Shown: one piece after another, positions 15,867 through 25,836 of the stretch | Numbering within the stretch: the first letter of the stretch is position 1 | Layout: every line of letters begins with the position of its first letter | Origin: a virus | Virus record (IMG/VR): IMGVR_UViG_3300000277_000007 | Location: 1-38,284 of that record | Length of the DNA: 38,284 nt | Strand: one strand, 5' to 3' | Position numbers and translations under genes: made by a program | The notes under the pieces: generated by a model | Seen by the model: only the letters and a program-made list of their open reading frames with translations | What the model was told of the DNA's origin: nothing | Database searches by the model: none

Positions 15867-17378
15867 ATGGGCCTTTGGAGCGCCTTGAGGAACGTTTTCC
15901 AGCCGCGCTACAGCATTTCCTTTGATTTGTCCGACCAGATGGCCGTGATTCAGGGTCAGACGGAGGCCGAGCTTTTCAAGACACAGCCGCATTTGCGTAC
16001 CGTGATTACTTTCCTGGCGCGGAATGTCGCTCAGGTCGGCTTGAAGGAATTCGAGCGTGTCAGCGATACGGACAGGCAGCGTGTGACCGATGATGTGCTG
16101 ATAAATCTGCTGAAGCAGCCGAACGGCACGATGACGGGCTATGAGTTGATGCGTCAGCTTGTGGCTGACTTGGCGCTTTACGATAACGCCTACTGGGTTG
16201 TCATGCAGACGCCTGATCGGGATGCCGATAAGTTCGGTAGCTGGCAGATTCAGCCGATTCCGCCATGCTGGGTGCAGGCGAAGCGTGATGGCAGTGTGTT
16301 CCAGCCGGCCTATTATCGCGTTTATCCTAATTTGGGCACGTCATACTATGATGTGCCGGCCGACGACATGCTTGTGTTCCACGGGTGGAATCCGGACGAC
16401 CCGACGCAGGGCGTTACTCCCGTGAGGGCCTTGAAGGACATTATCAACGAGCAGATTCAGGCATGGTCGTATCGCACTCAGGTGTGGAAGCGCGGCGGCC
16501 GTATCGGCAGCGTGCTGGTGCGTCCGAAGGATGCGCCGGAATGGAATGACGCCGACCGCGAACGTTTCATGCGCGGGTGGAAGGAATTCACCGACAAGGG
16601 AGCGCAGGCCGGTGCCACGCCATTGCTTGAGGATGGCATGGAGTTGAAGCGTTTGGGCTTCAATGCTCGCGAGGAGGAATTCAGCGAGGTCACGAAGCTT
16701 TCGCTGTCCACCGTCGCAAGCGTCTACCACGTCTCGCCTGTCATGGTCGGCATCCTTGATAACGCAAATTTCTCAAATACCAAGGAATTCCGCAAGATGC
16801 TGTATTCCGAGACGCTTGGTCCGACCATGCGCATGATCGAGGACAGGATAAACACTTTCCTCGCTCCGAAGGTCGGTGCGCCGGACGCGAATTACATCGA
16901 ATTCGACATCCGCAGCAAGCTTTCCGGCGATTTCGAGGAGCAGGCCAGTGTGATGAGTACTTCGGTGGGAGCTCCGTGGATTACGCCGAATGAGGCGCGC
17001 GCCAGTCAGAATCTGCCGCGCGTCGATGGCGGTGACGAACTGGTTGTGCCGCTCAATGTCACCAAGGGCGGCCAGTCAAGTCCGCAGGATGGAGGTGACC
17101 CGTCGCGTCCAGCCGACGGTTCGGCCATTGAATCGGACGACGGCGAGAAAACGGCAGCAATCGTCAATGCTTGGCGCGACCGCCTGGAGAAGAGCGTCAG
17201 ATCACGTTTCGGCGCCGGTATGGGCGTCGATGACATCAAATGGCTCAAATGGCAGAACGAACTGCAGGCCGACCTGACCATCAAGGCCGGTTTGGGGCAA
17301 TTCGATGCCGGTGTGAGGGCATTGCAGGAGACGGAGGACATGCGAACGCATTTCAAGGAGGTGCATGATGCACTTTAA
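15867..17378 (+). CDS. Portal protein
   Basis: 503 aa, between TerL and the prohead protease. Confidence 0.75.
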   Translation: MGLWSALRNVFQPRYSISFDLSDQMAVIQGQTEAELFKTQPHLRTVITFLARNVAQVGLKEFERVSDTDRQRVTDDVLINLLKQPNGTMTGYELMRQLVADLALYDNAYWVVMQTPDRDADKFGSWQIQPIPPCWVQAKRDGSVFQPAYYRVYPNLGTSYYDVPADDMLVFHGWNPDDPTQGVTPVRALKDIINEQIQAWSYRTQVWKRGGRIGSVLVRPKDAPEWNDADRERFMRGWKEFTDKGAQAGATPLLEDGMELKRLGFNAREEEFSEVTKLSLSTVASVYHVSPVMVGILDNANFSNTKEFRKMLYSETLGPTMRMIEDRINTFLAPKVGAPDANYIEFDIRSKLSGDFEEQASVMSTSVGAPWITPNEARASQNLPRVDGGDELVVPLNVTKGGQSSPQDGGDPSRPADGSAIESDDGEKTAAIVNAWRDRLEKSVRSRFGAGMGVDDIKWLKWQNELQADLTIKAGLGQFDAGVRALQETEDMRTHFKEVHDAL

Positions 17379-18168
17379 GGATTTCGATTGCCGATTCAAG
17401 GCAGACGGCGAGGACGCGGCGCTCAAGGACGGCGAATTCATCGCCTACCCTTCCACTTTCACCCGCGAACCCGACTGTTACGGTGACGTGGTGGCGAACG
17501 GCGCGTTCGACAAGACGATCAAGGCATGGCAGGACAGCGGCAACACGCTGCCGGTATTGTATGGGCATCGTATGGATGACCCCGATTACAACATCGGCGG
17601 CGTCGATTCGATGGGCGAGGACGATCACGGCTGGTGGATTAAAGGCCATTTCGACATGGACTCTCCGAAGGCCGCGCAGGTCTACCACCTGATCAAGGAA
17701 AAGCGTCTGACACAACTGTCCTTCGCATTCGACGTGGTGGACGAGGGCGAGGTTGAGCTTGATGACGGCACCAAGGCAAACGAACTGCGCGAATTGAAGG
17801 TGTATGAGGCATCCTTCGTGCCGATCGGCGCGAATCAGGATACCGGCATCGTGGACGTGAAGGACGCGCTGAGCCGGTTGAAGACAGGACGCCCCATCTC
17901 GCAGAAGAATCTAGACATTCTCTCGCAGATCGCCGATGACCTGACAGGTCAGGCGAAGAAGCTCAAAGATTTCGTGGCTGAGAACACCACTCAGTCCGAC
18001 AACAACAATGACAATGACCAGAGTGACGATGCGAAGGCATCGGATGCCGGTGCAGCCAAGAACGAGGAGCCTGAAGGGGCCAAGTCCGAGGAGCCGGACG
18101 GTTTTTCTGAAGCGGAAGCGTTGCAACTCGCAATAAAGATTGCCCAAGTTGGGCGGAAAGGGGAGTGA
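17365..18168 (+). CDS. HK97-family prohead protease (S78/U35) with an acidic C-terminal tail
   Basis: YGH ... ASFVPIGANQDT. Position between portal and capsid. Confidence 0.75.
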   Translation: MMHFKDFDCRFKADGEDAALKDGEFIAYPSTFTREPDCYGDVVANGAFDKTIKAWQDSGNTLPVLYGHRMDDPDYNIGGVDSMGEDDHGWWIKGHFDMDSPKAAQVYHLIKEKRLTQLSFAFDVVDEGEVELDDGTKANELRELKVYEASFVPIGANQDTGIVDVKDALSRLKTGRPISQKNLDILSQIADDLTGQAKKLKDFVAENTTQSDNNNDNDQSDDAKASDAGAAKNEEPEGAKSEEPDGFSEAEALQLAIKIAQVGRKGE

Positions 18169-18173
18169 CCGTA

Positions 18174-19358
18174 ATGGCATCTCTCAAGGAAAAGCGAGCC
18201 GCGCTTGTCAAGCAGCTCGAAGAGAAGCAGGGTCTGCTGGCCGCTGGCAAGGCGGATGGCGACACCATCGCATTCGTGAAGAGCGCGCTGGCTGAGGTCG
18301 AGGGCATCGACCGTCAGATGGACGGTATGAAGCAGACCGATGACCTGCTTACGCAGATCGGACAGCTCAATGCCGAGTCTGGCGTGCAGCATGTCGGTGG
18401 CTCCGATGCCATCCATGCCAAGAGCGTCGGCGAATATTACGTCAAGTCCATGCAGACGGCGGGCTTTGACGTGAAGTCCGCCATCGCTCATGGCTACGAG
18501 GTCGAGTGCAAGGCGAACACCGACACCAATGTCGAGGGTGCGCCGTCTGCCGGTTACACGCCGTATCTGACCCAGACCGATACCGAGCCTGCTCGCCCGT
18601 ATCAGCGTCCGCTGGTCGTGGCCGACCTGTTCTCTACCGGCGCCATCACCGGCACCGTCCTGCAGTATCCGGTTTTCGATGAGCTGGAAGGCAACGCCAA
18701 GATGGTCGAGGAGATCGGCGCCGCCCCGCAGGTCCATTGGAAGGACCCGACTTGGAAGCAGGACAAGATCGGCAAGGTGGCCAGCTTCTTCGGCATCAGC
18801 GAGGACATGATGGATGATCTGTCCTGGGTCATCGGCGAAATCAACGACGCCGCGCAGTATGACCTGAAGCTGCAGGAGGAATCGCAGCTGCTGTCCGGCG
18901 ATGGCAGTGAAAACAATCTTACCGGCCTGTTCAACCGTGGAATTCAGACGATGGATAAGGATGAACTGTCCGACGCCGACCGTCTGTCCAAGGCGGCCCT
19001 GCAGATCACCACCACCACCAACTTCCAAGCCGACGCCTACGTGATGAACCCGCTTGACTTCTGGAAGCTGACCATCGCCAAGGATGCGAACGGCAACTAC
19101 CTCAACCTGACCGATGGGGCCAAGCTTTGGAACATCCCGACCGTGGCCACCGCCGCCATCACCGAAGGCACCGCGCTGGTCGGCGCCTTCAAGAGCGCCA
19201 AGGTGCTGCGCAAGGGCGGTCTGGTCGTGAAGATGACCGACTCCGACACCGACGATTTCCTGCACTTCAAGCAGAAGTGCCGCGTCTCCGAGCGTCTGGG
19301 CCTGCAGGTCAAGTATCCGAAGGCCTTCGTGAAGGTCACTCTCGGTAAGGCGGCCTGA
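18174..19358 (+). CDS. Major capsid protein (HK97 fold)
   Basis: N-terminal coiled coil MASLKEKRAALVKQLEEKQ then HK97-like core; 395 aa. Confidence 0.8.
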   Translation: MASLKEKRAALVKQLEEKQGLLAAGKADGDTIAFVKSALAEVEGIDRQMDGMKQTDDLLTQIGQLNAESGVQHVGGSDAIHAKSVGEYYVKSMQTAGFDVKSAIAHGYEVECKANTDTNVEGAPSAGYTPYLTQTDTEPARPYQRPLVVADLFSTGAITGTVLQYPVFDELEGNAKMVEEIGAAPQVHWKDPTWKQDKIGKVASFFGISEDMMDDLSWVIGEINDAAQYDLKLQEESQLLSGDGSENNLTGLFNRGIQTMDKDELSDADRLSKAALQITTTTNFQADAYVMNPLDFWKLTIAKDANGNYLNLTDGAKLWNIPTVATAAITEGTALVGAFKSAKVLRKGGLVVKMTDSDTDDFLHFKQKCRVSERLGLQVKYPKAFVKVTLGKAA

Positions 19359-19360
19359 TC

Positions 19361-19597
19361 ATGACGCAGAAGTACGTGCGCTTCGCCACTCCGAAAGAGG
19401 CGAACGTCGACAAGACGCAGGATGTGGCGGAGCTTGTGGCGCTTGACGCCAAGGGCAAGCCGGTCACTATCGGCGGTGCCGCCTCTCTTCCGGTGGCGAA
19501 GAATGTGCCAAAGGCGGCTTCTGACGCGCCGACCAAGCAGGAATTCGATGCGCTTATCGATTCTCTGGTGGCCGCTGGCCTGATGGCAGCCAAGTAA
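19361..19597 (+). CDS. Small head-associated hypothetical protein
   Basis: ORF track. Confidence 0.4.
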   Translation: MTQKYVRFATPKEANVDKTQDVAELVALDAKGKPVTIGGAASLPVAKNVPKAASDAPTKQEFDALIDSLVAAGLMAAK

Positions 19598-19614
19598 GTG
19601 ATTGGAGGTGCGGC

Positions 19615-20160
19615 ATGACTGCCGTGATTGGTGATCTGATTCCAAGCGCCGACTCTTTCCAAGTCGATGCCGGTTTCAAGATGAGGGCCGCTCAGGCTGC
19701 GATTCGCAAGTATTGCGGCTGGCATGTCGCGCCTTCCGTCACCCGCACGATTCGCTTGGATGGTCATGGCGGCGACTCGCTGCTCTTGCCATCCAAGCAT
19801 GTGACCGCGCTTTCGAGCCTGAAGCTCGATGGCGTGGAGCACGTGCAGGACGCGCGTTTCGGCGAGGCTGGGAGCCTCGTGCTGGTCAATGGCGTCACCT
19901 TCCCTGATCTGCCGGGGAGTGTGGAAGCGACCATCACTGATGGCTGGGATTTGGAGGATGTGCCGGAAGTGCAGATGATCCTGTTGGACATCGCGTCTCG
20001 TGTGATGCAGGTGCCCGGCACGGTCGCCTCCCAAGCCACGAATGGCTCAAGCGTCACCTACCGGTCGGGTTCCGATGGTGGCGTGCCTAACGTGGCGCTT
20101 TTCGATTCCGAGAAGCGTACGCTGCAGCCTTACCGCTTGTCGTGGGGGGTGAAGCCGTGA
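19615..20160 (+). CDS. Head-tail connector/adaptor protein (positional)
   Basis: Order after the major capsid protein. Confidence 0.4.
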   Translation: MTAVIGDLIPSADSFQVDAGFKMRAAQAAIRKYCGWHVAPSVTRTIRLDGHGGDSLLLPSKHVTALSSLKLDGVEHVQDARFGEAGSLVLVNGVTFPDLPGSVEATITDGWDLEDVPEVQMILLDIASRVMQVPGTVASQATNGSSVTYRSGSDGGVPNVALFDSEKRTLQPYRLSWGVKP

Positions 20161-20555
20161 CTTCCGTGTTGGATTATCTCGGCCATGGTTCGTCCTTCAG
20201 CATGCCGGGCGCTACCAAATGGCGTCGACTGCGTGCCAAACGCAAGGCCAACCCGTACAATCCGGCGCAGAACGAGCCAGACTGGAGCGTGCCTCCGGAC
20301 GAGCTCGCCATCATGGGCGCCCTCTCATCCAGCTCCAGCGCCCGTACGCCGGACACGCTCGACACACAAACCGAATCAACGGCGTACCTCACCATCCCTG
20401 ATCCGACAGCCGACGTGAAAATCGGCGACCGGATCCGCGCAGACCCCGACGACGGACGCTTGTGGGAAGTCGACGGATTCCCCTCGAAGGACGCGAACGC
20501 ATTCACCGGCTGGCGTCCGACCTTGGAATGCCGTCTGACGGAAAGAAAGGGCTGA
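20142..20555 (+). CDS. Head-tail joining / head-closure protein (positional)
   Basis: GTG start at 20142 or 20157 overlapping the previous stop. Confidence 0.4.
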   Translation: MGGEAVTSVLDYLGHGSSFSMPGATKWRRLRAKRKANPYNPAQNEPDWSVPPDELAIMGALSSSSSARTPDTLDTQTESTAYLTIPDPTADVKIGDRIRADPDDGRLWEVDGFPSKDANAFTGWRPTLECRLTERKG

Positions 20556-20559
20556 ACAA

Positions 20560-20847
20560 ATGGCGAAAAGCAGGATATCGGTCAACTTCAACCAGAAATT
20601 CTTCGACGAGATTCTCAATAGCGCCGGAGTCAAGTCGCTCACCACGCTGGCCGCGAACAGGGCACTCGCCTACGCGAAGGCGTCCGCTCCAGTCGATACC
20701 GGCGCATACCGCGACGGCCTTGGAATCGAGGAGGTTAAAAGGGAGCACCGAACGACCGTCATGGTCGTCGGCCACGACCCGAAGACCCTGCTCGTGGAGG
20801 CACAGACCGGCAATCTGGCCAAAGCGTTGAGGAAGGCGAGGGTCTGA
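20560..20847 (+). CDS. HK97 gp10-like tail-component protein (positional/size)
   Basis: 95 aa, immediately upstream of the tail terminator. Confidence 0.4.
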   Translation: MAKSRISVNFNQKFFDEILNSAGVKSLTTLAANRALAYAKASAPVDTGAYRDGLGIEEVKREHRTTVMVVGHDPKTLLVEAQTGNLAKALRKARV

Positions 20848-21278
20848 TGGCAAGCGTCATTCCACCAGACCTCGAACTGTTCCTCACCGGATGGCTGCGC
20901 TCCAACATCACGGACATCCCCGGCCTGCAGGTCGGAAACCGCATTCCGGATGGTTACGGCGGCTCCTATCCGCTCGTGGTCGTGCGTGATGACGGCGGCA
21001 CGCAATCCGCCGACCGCGTGACGTTCGACAGGTCGATAGGCGTCAGCGTGCTCGGATGGACGCGCAACGATACGAAACCATGCCGTGATCTGGCGGCCCG
21101 CGTGTACGGGCTGCTGACCGGCGAGCCCGGCATCCTCATCGGATTCGCCGAAGGCAGCCGCATCTGCGCCGTCGTACCCGACGGCTGCAACGGCCCGTAC
21201 CCGGTCAGCGAGGACGCGGCATGGTGCCGTTACTACATGACCGCCGAATATTCGACGGCCGGAATCAGACAACCATAG
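20847..21278 (+). CDS. Tail terminator / tail completion protein (positional)
   Basis: 143 aa, immediately before the major tail protein. Confidence 0.4.
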   Translation: MASVIPPDLELFLTGWLRSNITDIPGLQVGNRIPDGYGGSYPLVVVRDDGGTQSADRVTFDRSIGVSVLGWTRNDTKPCRDLAARVYGLLTGEPGILIGFAEGSRICAVVPDGCNGPYPVSEDAAWCRYYMTAEYSTAGIRQP

Positions 21279-21290
21279 AAAGGAAACGCC

Positions 21291-21890
21291 ATGGCCAAAG
21301 ACAGTCAGGGCATGGATCTGGGACAGGTGGAGGCGCTCGTCACCGCAGCCATCATGATCGTCCCGTACTCCAACGAAAACAAAATCACGCCGGAGATGAT
21401 CGCATCCAGCAATGCAACGCCGGAACTTCCGGCCGCCTACAATCGGTCGACCGCATGCATCGGACTCGTCAAGTCCGACGGCGGCAACCAGGATTCGCGC
21501 GACGGCGACGACCCGCTCGAGTTTTTGCAGGACGGGTACAAAAAGCTGCCGTTGGCGACCAGCCTCACGCAGACGTTCAGTCCGGCCGAAAACAACGCGC
21601 TGACCCGCAAAATCACCATCGGCGAGCCGGACGCCCAGGGCGTCTACCACGTGGCCGACATCATCCAGGATGCGAAGTGGATGGTGTACGAGGAGGAGAC
21701 GTTCGACACCGGCCGCGTGCACCGTCGCGCCGGCGTCATGCAGGTCACCGGCAACGAGCCGGACCAGCAGGAGCGTGGCTCGGTCACCGGTCGCGCGCTC
21801 ACCGTCGAATGGATGAAGGACCCGCTGTATGTGGATGCGGAGCATCCGAACACCAGGTGGATCGAAAGCTGGTACGACCCAAAAGCGTGA
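21291..21890 (+). CDS. Major tail protein
   Basis: 199 aa; followed by the Ig-like extension and a strong terminator. Confidence 0.65.
   Translation: MAKDSQGMDLGQVEALVTAAIMIVPYSNENKITPEMIASSNATPELPAAYNRSTACIGLVKSDGGNQDSRDGDDPLEFLQDGYKKLPLATSLTQTFSPAENNALTRKITIGEPDAQGVYHVADIIQDAKWMVYEEETFDTGRVHRRAGVMQVTGNEPDQQERGSVTGRALTVEWMKDPLYVDAEHPNTRWIESWYDPKA
21878..21884 (+). promoter_or_regulatory. -1 programmed frameshift slippery heptamer C_CCA_AAA, 4 nt before the major tail protein stop
   Basis: Codon phasing checked: GAC CCA AAA GCG TGA in the 0 frame. The -1 frame continues as PKSVTAVAVTSADGNT... Confidence 0.6.
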
Positions 21891-22162
21891 CGGCGGTGGC
21901 CGTGACCTCGGCTGACGGAAACACGAAGCCGTCGGTCGTCCAAGGCGCGAAGCTCGCGCTCAAGGCCGTCGCCACACATGTGGACAAGACCACCGTGGAC
22001 GTGACCGGACAGGCCACGTTCAAGTCCAAGGATGCAGGCGTGGCGACCGTCGAGGGAGGCACGCTCACCGCCGTCAAGGCCGGAAGCGCGAGAATCAACG
22101 CCACCTATGACGGCGTGACCTCACCCGATCTGACTGTCACCGTCACCGCACGCGCCGCCTGA
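21885..22162 (+). CDS. Ig-like (Big_2) C-terminal extension of the major tail protein, reached by -1 frameshift
   Basis: -1 frame encodes VTSADGNTKPSVVQGAKLALKAVATHV ... ATFKSKDAGVATVEGGTLTAVKAGSARINATYDGVTSPDLTVTV. Confidence 0.6.
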
Positions 22163-22176
22163 CCGGCGGACGAAAA

Positions 22177-22230
22177 TCTTCCCGGACCGTCTATCTCGCC
22201 TGTCTGCGCGGTCCGGGAATCTTCTTTTTT
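22177..22230 (+). terminator. Rho-independent terminator (11-bp perfect stem TTCCCGGACCG/CGGTCCGGGAA followed by TCTTCTTTTTT)
   Basis: Read directly. Confidence 0.75.
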
Positions 22231-22266
22231 CACGGCAGGCAGGCGAAAAGCAGATAGGACAAGACA

Positions 22267-22689
22267 ATGACTTCCACTTCCACCGATTTCAAGCCGACCG
22301 TCGAGGATTTCGACCAGTGGACGGAGAAAAACGATGAGGAGGCGTTCGCCTCCATTGCGCAGAACTACAGGGTGCGCCACATCATCAAGGGCGATGTTTA
22401 TTGGGCGCTCGTGCCCGGCGGACGCACGTACAAGCTTCCACTGTCGATGAGTATCGACGATTTCACGAGACTTTCGAACACGTCCGATGATACGGAGAGC
22501 GTCGAACAGCTCAAACGCATTCTGAGCGCCTTCGCTGGCGACAAGCAGGCGAAGCAGCTGAACGGCGAACCGGTGCAGGTGGTGTTCAACCTCCTGTCCG
22601 ACTATGGCGACGCTGTCGTGCGCGCGCAGGGCGCCTCACTGGGAAAATCCAATGGTTCGCCCGCCAGCTCGCTGACCACGGGAGCGTGA
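22267..22689 (+). CDS. Tail assembly chaperone (gpG-like)
   Basis: Between the major tail protein and the tape measure; carries a slippery site. Confidence 0.65.
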   Translation: MTSTSTDFKPTVEDFDQWTEKNDEEAFASIAQNYRVRHIIKGDVYWALVPGGRTYKLPLSMSIDDFTRLSNTSDDTESVEQLKRILSAFAGDKQAKQLNGEPVQVVFNLLSDYGDAVVRAQGASLGKSNGSPASSLTTGA

Positions 22690-23012
22690 TCCGAGCCGAT
22701 TTCACGATGCATGGGTGGAGTCTGCAGGCCGATCTTGGCGGCAGGCTCCGCTACGGCGACGCGATAGCGCTCCTTGAGCAGATTATCGGCGATCCGTCAT
22801 CCTACACGGGCGCGGAGTTCAACGGCTTGGATTATCCGGCCCGGTGGTGTGAGATACCGGTCGTCTACGCGCTTGGCAGCGACGAGTATCCGAAGCCTTT
22901 CGATTCGCTTGCGAAACGATTGCGGGCGGATAGGGAGAAGGCCGAGCGTGAGCGGCTGCGCGAGCAGACTAAGGGCATGAGCCCGGTATTCCAGACGCTC
23001 TACGAGGACTGA
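22641..23012 (+). CDS. G-T-like -1 frameshift extension of the chaperone; slippery heptamer G_GGA_AAA at 22641-22647
   Basis: Phasing checked: CTG GGA AAA TCC in the 0 frame. The -1 frame reads ...GKIQWFARQLADHGSVIRADFTMHGW, matching ORF 22686..23012. Confidence 0.6.
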   Translation, partial: GKIQWFARQLADHGSVIRADFTMHGWSLQADLGGRLRYGDAIALLEQIIGDPSSYTGAEFNGLDYPARWCEIPVVYALGSDEYPKPFDSLAKRLRADREKAERERLREQTKGMSPVFQTLYED

Positions 23013-23043
23013 TTTGGACAAAACTGAATAGTGGAGGTGCCGC

Positions 23044-25821
23044 ATGGCGTTCGGCAGCGAACTTGGTTCCGCGCACATCAGCGTGTTCCCCTCGATGAAG
23101 GGTTTCCGCAGCGCGGTCAACAAGGAGGTCGGCGCGAGCGGCAAGGCCGCGTCGAAGACCTTCGATTCGAACATGAACGGCGGCAAAAGCGGCGGACTGT
23201 TCGGACGCGCGTTCAAAAACGGCTTCAAGGAGTCGGCGAACGGTCTCGGCACGGACGTGCTGAAATCCTACGAGCGTGACGTGGCGAAATCCACGGCCGC
23301 ATACCGTCAGGCCATGCTCCAGCAGAAGGCGGCGGCGAATCAGGTGCGTGCCGCCGAAGAAAGCGTCGCCAATGCCATCGCCAAGCATGGCGAGGGCAGC
23401 ACGCAGGCCGAGGCCGCGACCATCAGGCTCGAACAGGCCCGGCTGAAGCTGTCCACCATGACCGACCGGGCGACGCAGGCCGAGAACCGGTTGAAGGACG
23501 CGCAGAAGGCGCTCAAGGACGCGCAGGACAATCTCGCCTCCAGTGGTGGTTCGCTCGGAGCGGCGTTCAAGAATCTTGGTTCGGCGATAATCCAGCCAGT
23601 GACCGGCGCGTTCGGACGTGTCAAAAACGCGGCAACGTCGGCGTTCTCCGGCATCGCCACGAAAGCCCGCGACGGCATGAGCGCCGCAGGTACTGCGATG
23701 CAATCCACCGCGTCACGTCTCACCGCACCATTGTCGGCAAAGTTCTCCGCGATGAGCTCGGCCATCGCGGCAAGGATACCAGCACCTTTCAAAAACGTCA
23801 GCAATGCCATCGGCGGCTATCTCGGCAACGTCGGCGGCGCGGTCGGCGGCGTACTGTCGCAGATTCCCGGAGCCGCCGGAAGCGCCGCGTCAGCGATAGG
23901 CTCCAAGCTCAAAAGCGGCGCCGACACCGCATGGAATGCGATCAGCTCCATGTCAGGCAAGGCCGTCGGCGCCCTGAAGGGCGTCGCCACGGTCGGACTT
24001 GCAGGCGTAGGCACCGCCGTCGCTGCTTTGGCCGGCGTCGGCAAGAGCGCTCTCGACGCATACGCCACCTACGAGCAGGCCGTCGGCGGCGTGGACACGC
24101 TGTTCAAGGACGCGTCCGGCACCGTGCAGAAATACGCGGCGGAAGCGTACCGGACGGCCGGAGTGAGCGCCAACGAGTACATGACGCAGGTCACGAGCTT
24201 TTCCGCCTCGCTGATCAGCTCGCTCGGCGGCGACACCGCGAAGGCCGCGGAACTCGGCAACACCGCCATGATCGACATGTCGGACAACGCCAACAAGATG
24301 GGCACCGACATCGAGTCCATCCAACAGACCTACCAGAGTCTGGCGCGCGGCAACTACGCCATGCTTGACAATCTGAAGCTCGGATACGGCGGTACGAAAT
24401 CCGAGATGGAGCGTCTGATCCAGGACGCGAACAAGGTCAAGCAGGCGAACGGTGAGATGGGCGACCTGTCCATCGACAAGTTCTCCGACGTGGTGCAGGC
24501 CATCCACATCATGCAGGAGCAGATGGGCATCAGCGGCACCACCGCCAAGGAGGCCGCGACAACCATCGAGGGCTCCATCGGCATGATGAAGGCCGCATGG
24601 CAGAACTGGCTGGCGGAACTCGGCAAGGACAATGCCGACATCAACGGATTGACCAAGCAGCTGGTAGACTCGGTCGGCACTGTCATCAAGAACGTGGGTC
24701 CGCGCATCGCGCAGATCATCACCGGCATCACCGCCGCACTGCCGCAACTGTTCTCCTCATTGGGGAGCACGCTGCCGGCGTTGGTCATGCAGATACTTCC
24801 GCCGGTGCTCGGAGCGTTGGGACAGCTTGGCACGATGCTGCTGACCAGCGCGACCACATGGATATCGACGAGCCTGCCGCAACTGCTCGCCCAGTTCCAA
24901 TCGTGGGTCACGTCGACCCTGCCGTCGTTCCTGCAATCCGGACTGTCGATGACAACGAACCTGTTGCAGGGCATCGTGCAGGCATTGCCGCAGATCGCTT
25001 CCACGGCGGTGACGGTGCTGACGACGCTGCTGGATGGATTGTCGGCCCAATTGCCGCAGCTCATCCCCATCGGCGTCAACGCCGTCCTTAACCTCGTGCA
25101 AGGCATCCTTAACAACCTGCCGCAGATCATCGACAGCGGTTTGAAGCTTATCCTCGGGCTGGCGCAGGGCCTCATCAACGCCCTGCCCGACTTGGTAGGC
25201 AAGGCTCCGATCCTCATCGGACAGCTGGTCGGCGGCATCATCAATCGTCTCCCGCAGATCCTGCAGGCTGGCGTGCAGCTGCTCGTCGCACTGGCCAACG
25301 GTTTCATTTCGTCGGCTCCGAGGCTTATCTGCGCCGTTCCCGGCATGGTCGGCCAGATCTGGAACGGTTTCACCTCGGTCAACTGGGCGCAGGTCGGGTG
25401 GAACATCATCACCGGCATCGCAGGCGGCATCGCAGGTGCGGCAGGCAGGCTCGTGACTGCCGCCGTCAACGCTGCCAGCAACGCGCTGAATTGGGTGAAA
25501 CGCAGGCTTGGCATCCATTCGCCGTCGCGCGTGTTCCGCGATCAGGTCGGTGAGATGATCGGCGAGGGCATGGCGGTCGGCATCGACGAGAGCGCGTCGA
25601 AGGTGAAGAAGGCTGCCGGACGATTGACTGGCATCCTGCCGTCGCAGGACGCCTCGTATTCCGTCGGCGTCGCCAACGCCTCGCGCGGAGTTAACGCTGC
25701 AGCCTACGGCAATGGTGGGAGCGTGACGAACATCACGCAGACATTCAATTATCCGGCCATCGCGCCGACGTCGATAAGCACGCAGCAGAAGCTGCAGACC
25801 GCGGCCATGCCGCAATGGTAA
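23044..25821 (+). CDS. Tape measure protein
   Basis: 925 aa, Ala/Gly/Leu-rich and helical, downstream of G/GT. Confidence 0.85.
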   Translation: MAFGSELGSAHISVFPSMKGFRSAVNKEVGASGKAASKTFDSNMNGGKSGGLFGRAFKNGFKESANGLGTDVLKSYERDVAKSTAAYRQAMLQQKAAANQVRAAEESVANAIAKHGEGSTQAEAATIRLEQARLKLSTMTDRATQAENRLKDAQKALKDAQDNLASSGGSLGAAFKNLGSAIIQPVTGAFGRVKNAATSAFSGIATKARDGMSAAGTAMQSTASRLTAPLSAKFSAMSSAIAARIPAPFKNVSNAIGGYLGNVGGAVGGVLSQIPGAAGSAASAIGSKLKSGADTAWNAISSMSGKAVGALKGVATVGLAGVGTAVAALAGVGKSALDAYATYEQAVGGVDTLFKDASGTVQKYAAEAYRTAGVSANEYMTQVTSFSASLISSLGGDTAKAAELGNTAMIDMSDNANKMGTDIESIQQTYQSLARGNYAMLDNLKLGYGGTKSEMERLIQDANKVKQANGEMGDLSIDKFSDVVQAIHIMQEQMGISGTTAKEAATTIEGSIGMMKAAWQNWLAELGKDNADINGLTKQLVDSVGTVIKNVGPRIAQIITGITAALPQLFSSLGSTLPALVMQILPPVLGALGQLGTMLLTSATTWISTSLPQLLAQFQSWVTSTLPSFLQSGLSMTTNLLQGIVQALPQIASTAVTVLTTLLDGLSAQLPQLIPIGVNAVLNLVQGILNNLPQIIDSGLKLILGLAQGLINALPDLVGKAPILIGQLVGGIINRLPQILQAGVQLLVALANGFISSAPRLICAVPGMVGQIWNGFTSVNWAQVGWNIITGIAGGIAGAAGRLVTAAVNAASNALNWVKRRLGIHSPSRVFRDQVGEMIGEGMAVGIDESASKVKKAAGRLTGILPSQDASYSVGVANASRGVNAAAYGNGGSVTNITQTFNYPAIAPTSISTQQKLQTAAMPQW

Positions 25822-25836
25822 TCGGAAGGAATCCGG

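Noticed and set aside
17991-19265. 424-aa minus-strand ORF antisense to the major capsid gene
   Set aside because: Same reason; the capsid gene on the plus strand has clear family features and RBS
20670-21845. 391-aa minus-strand ORF antisense to the tail genes
   Set aside because: Antisense GC-frame artefact
24354-25815. Two long minus-strand ORFs inside the tape measure gene
   Set aside because: Antisense to the tape measure; Cys/Pro/Arg-rich nonsense translation
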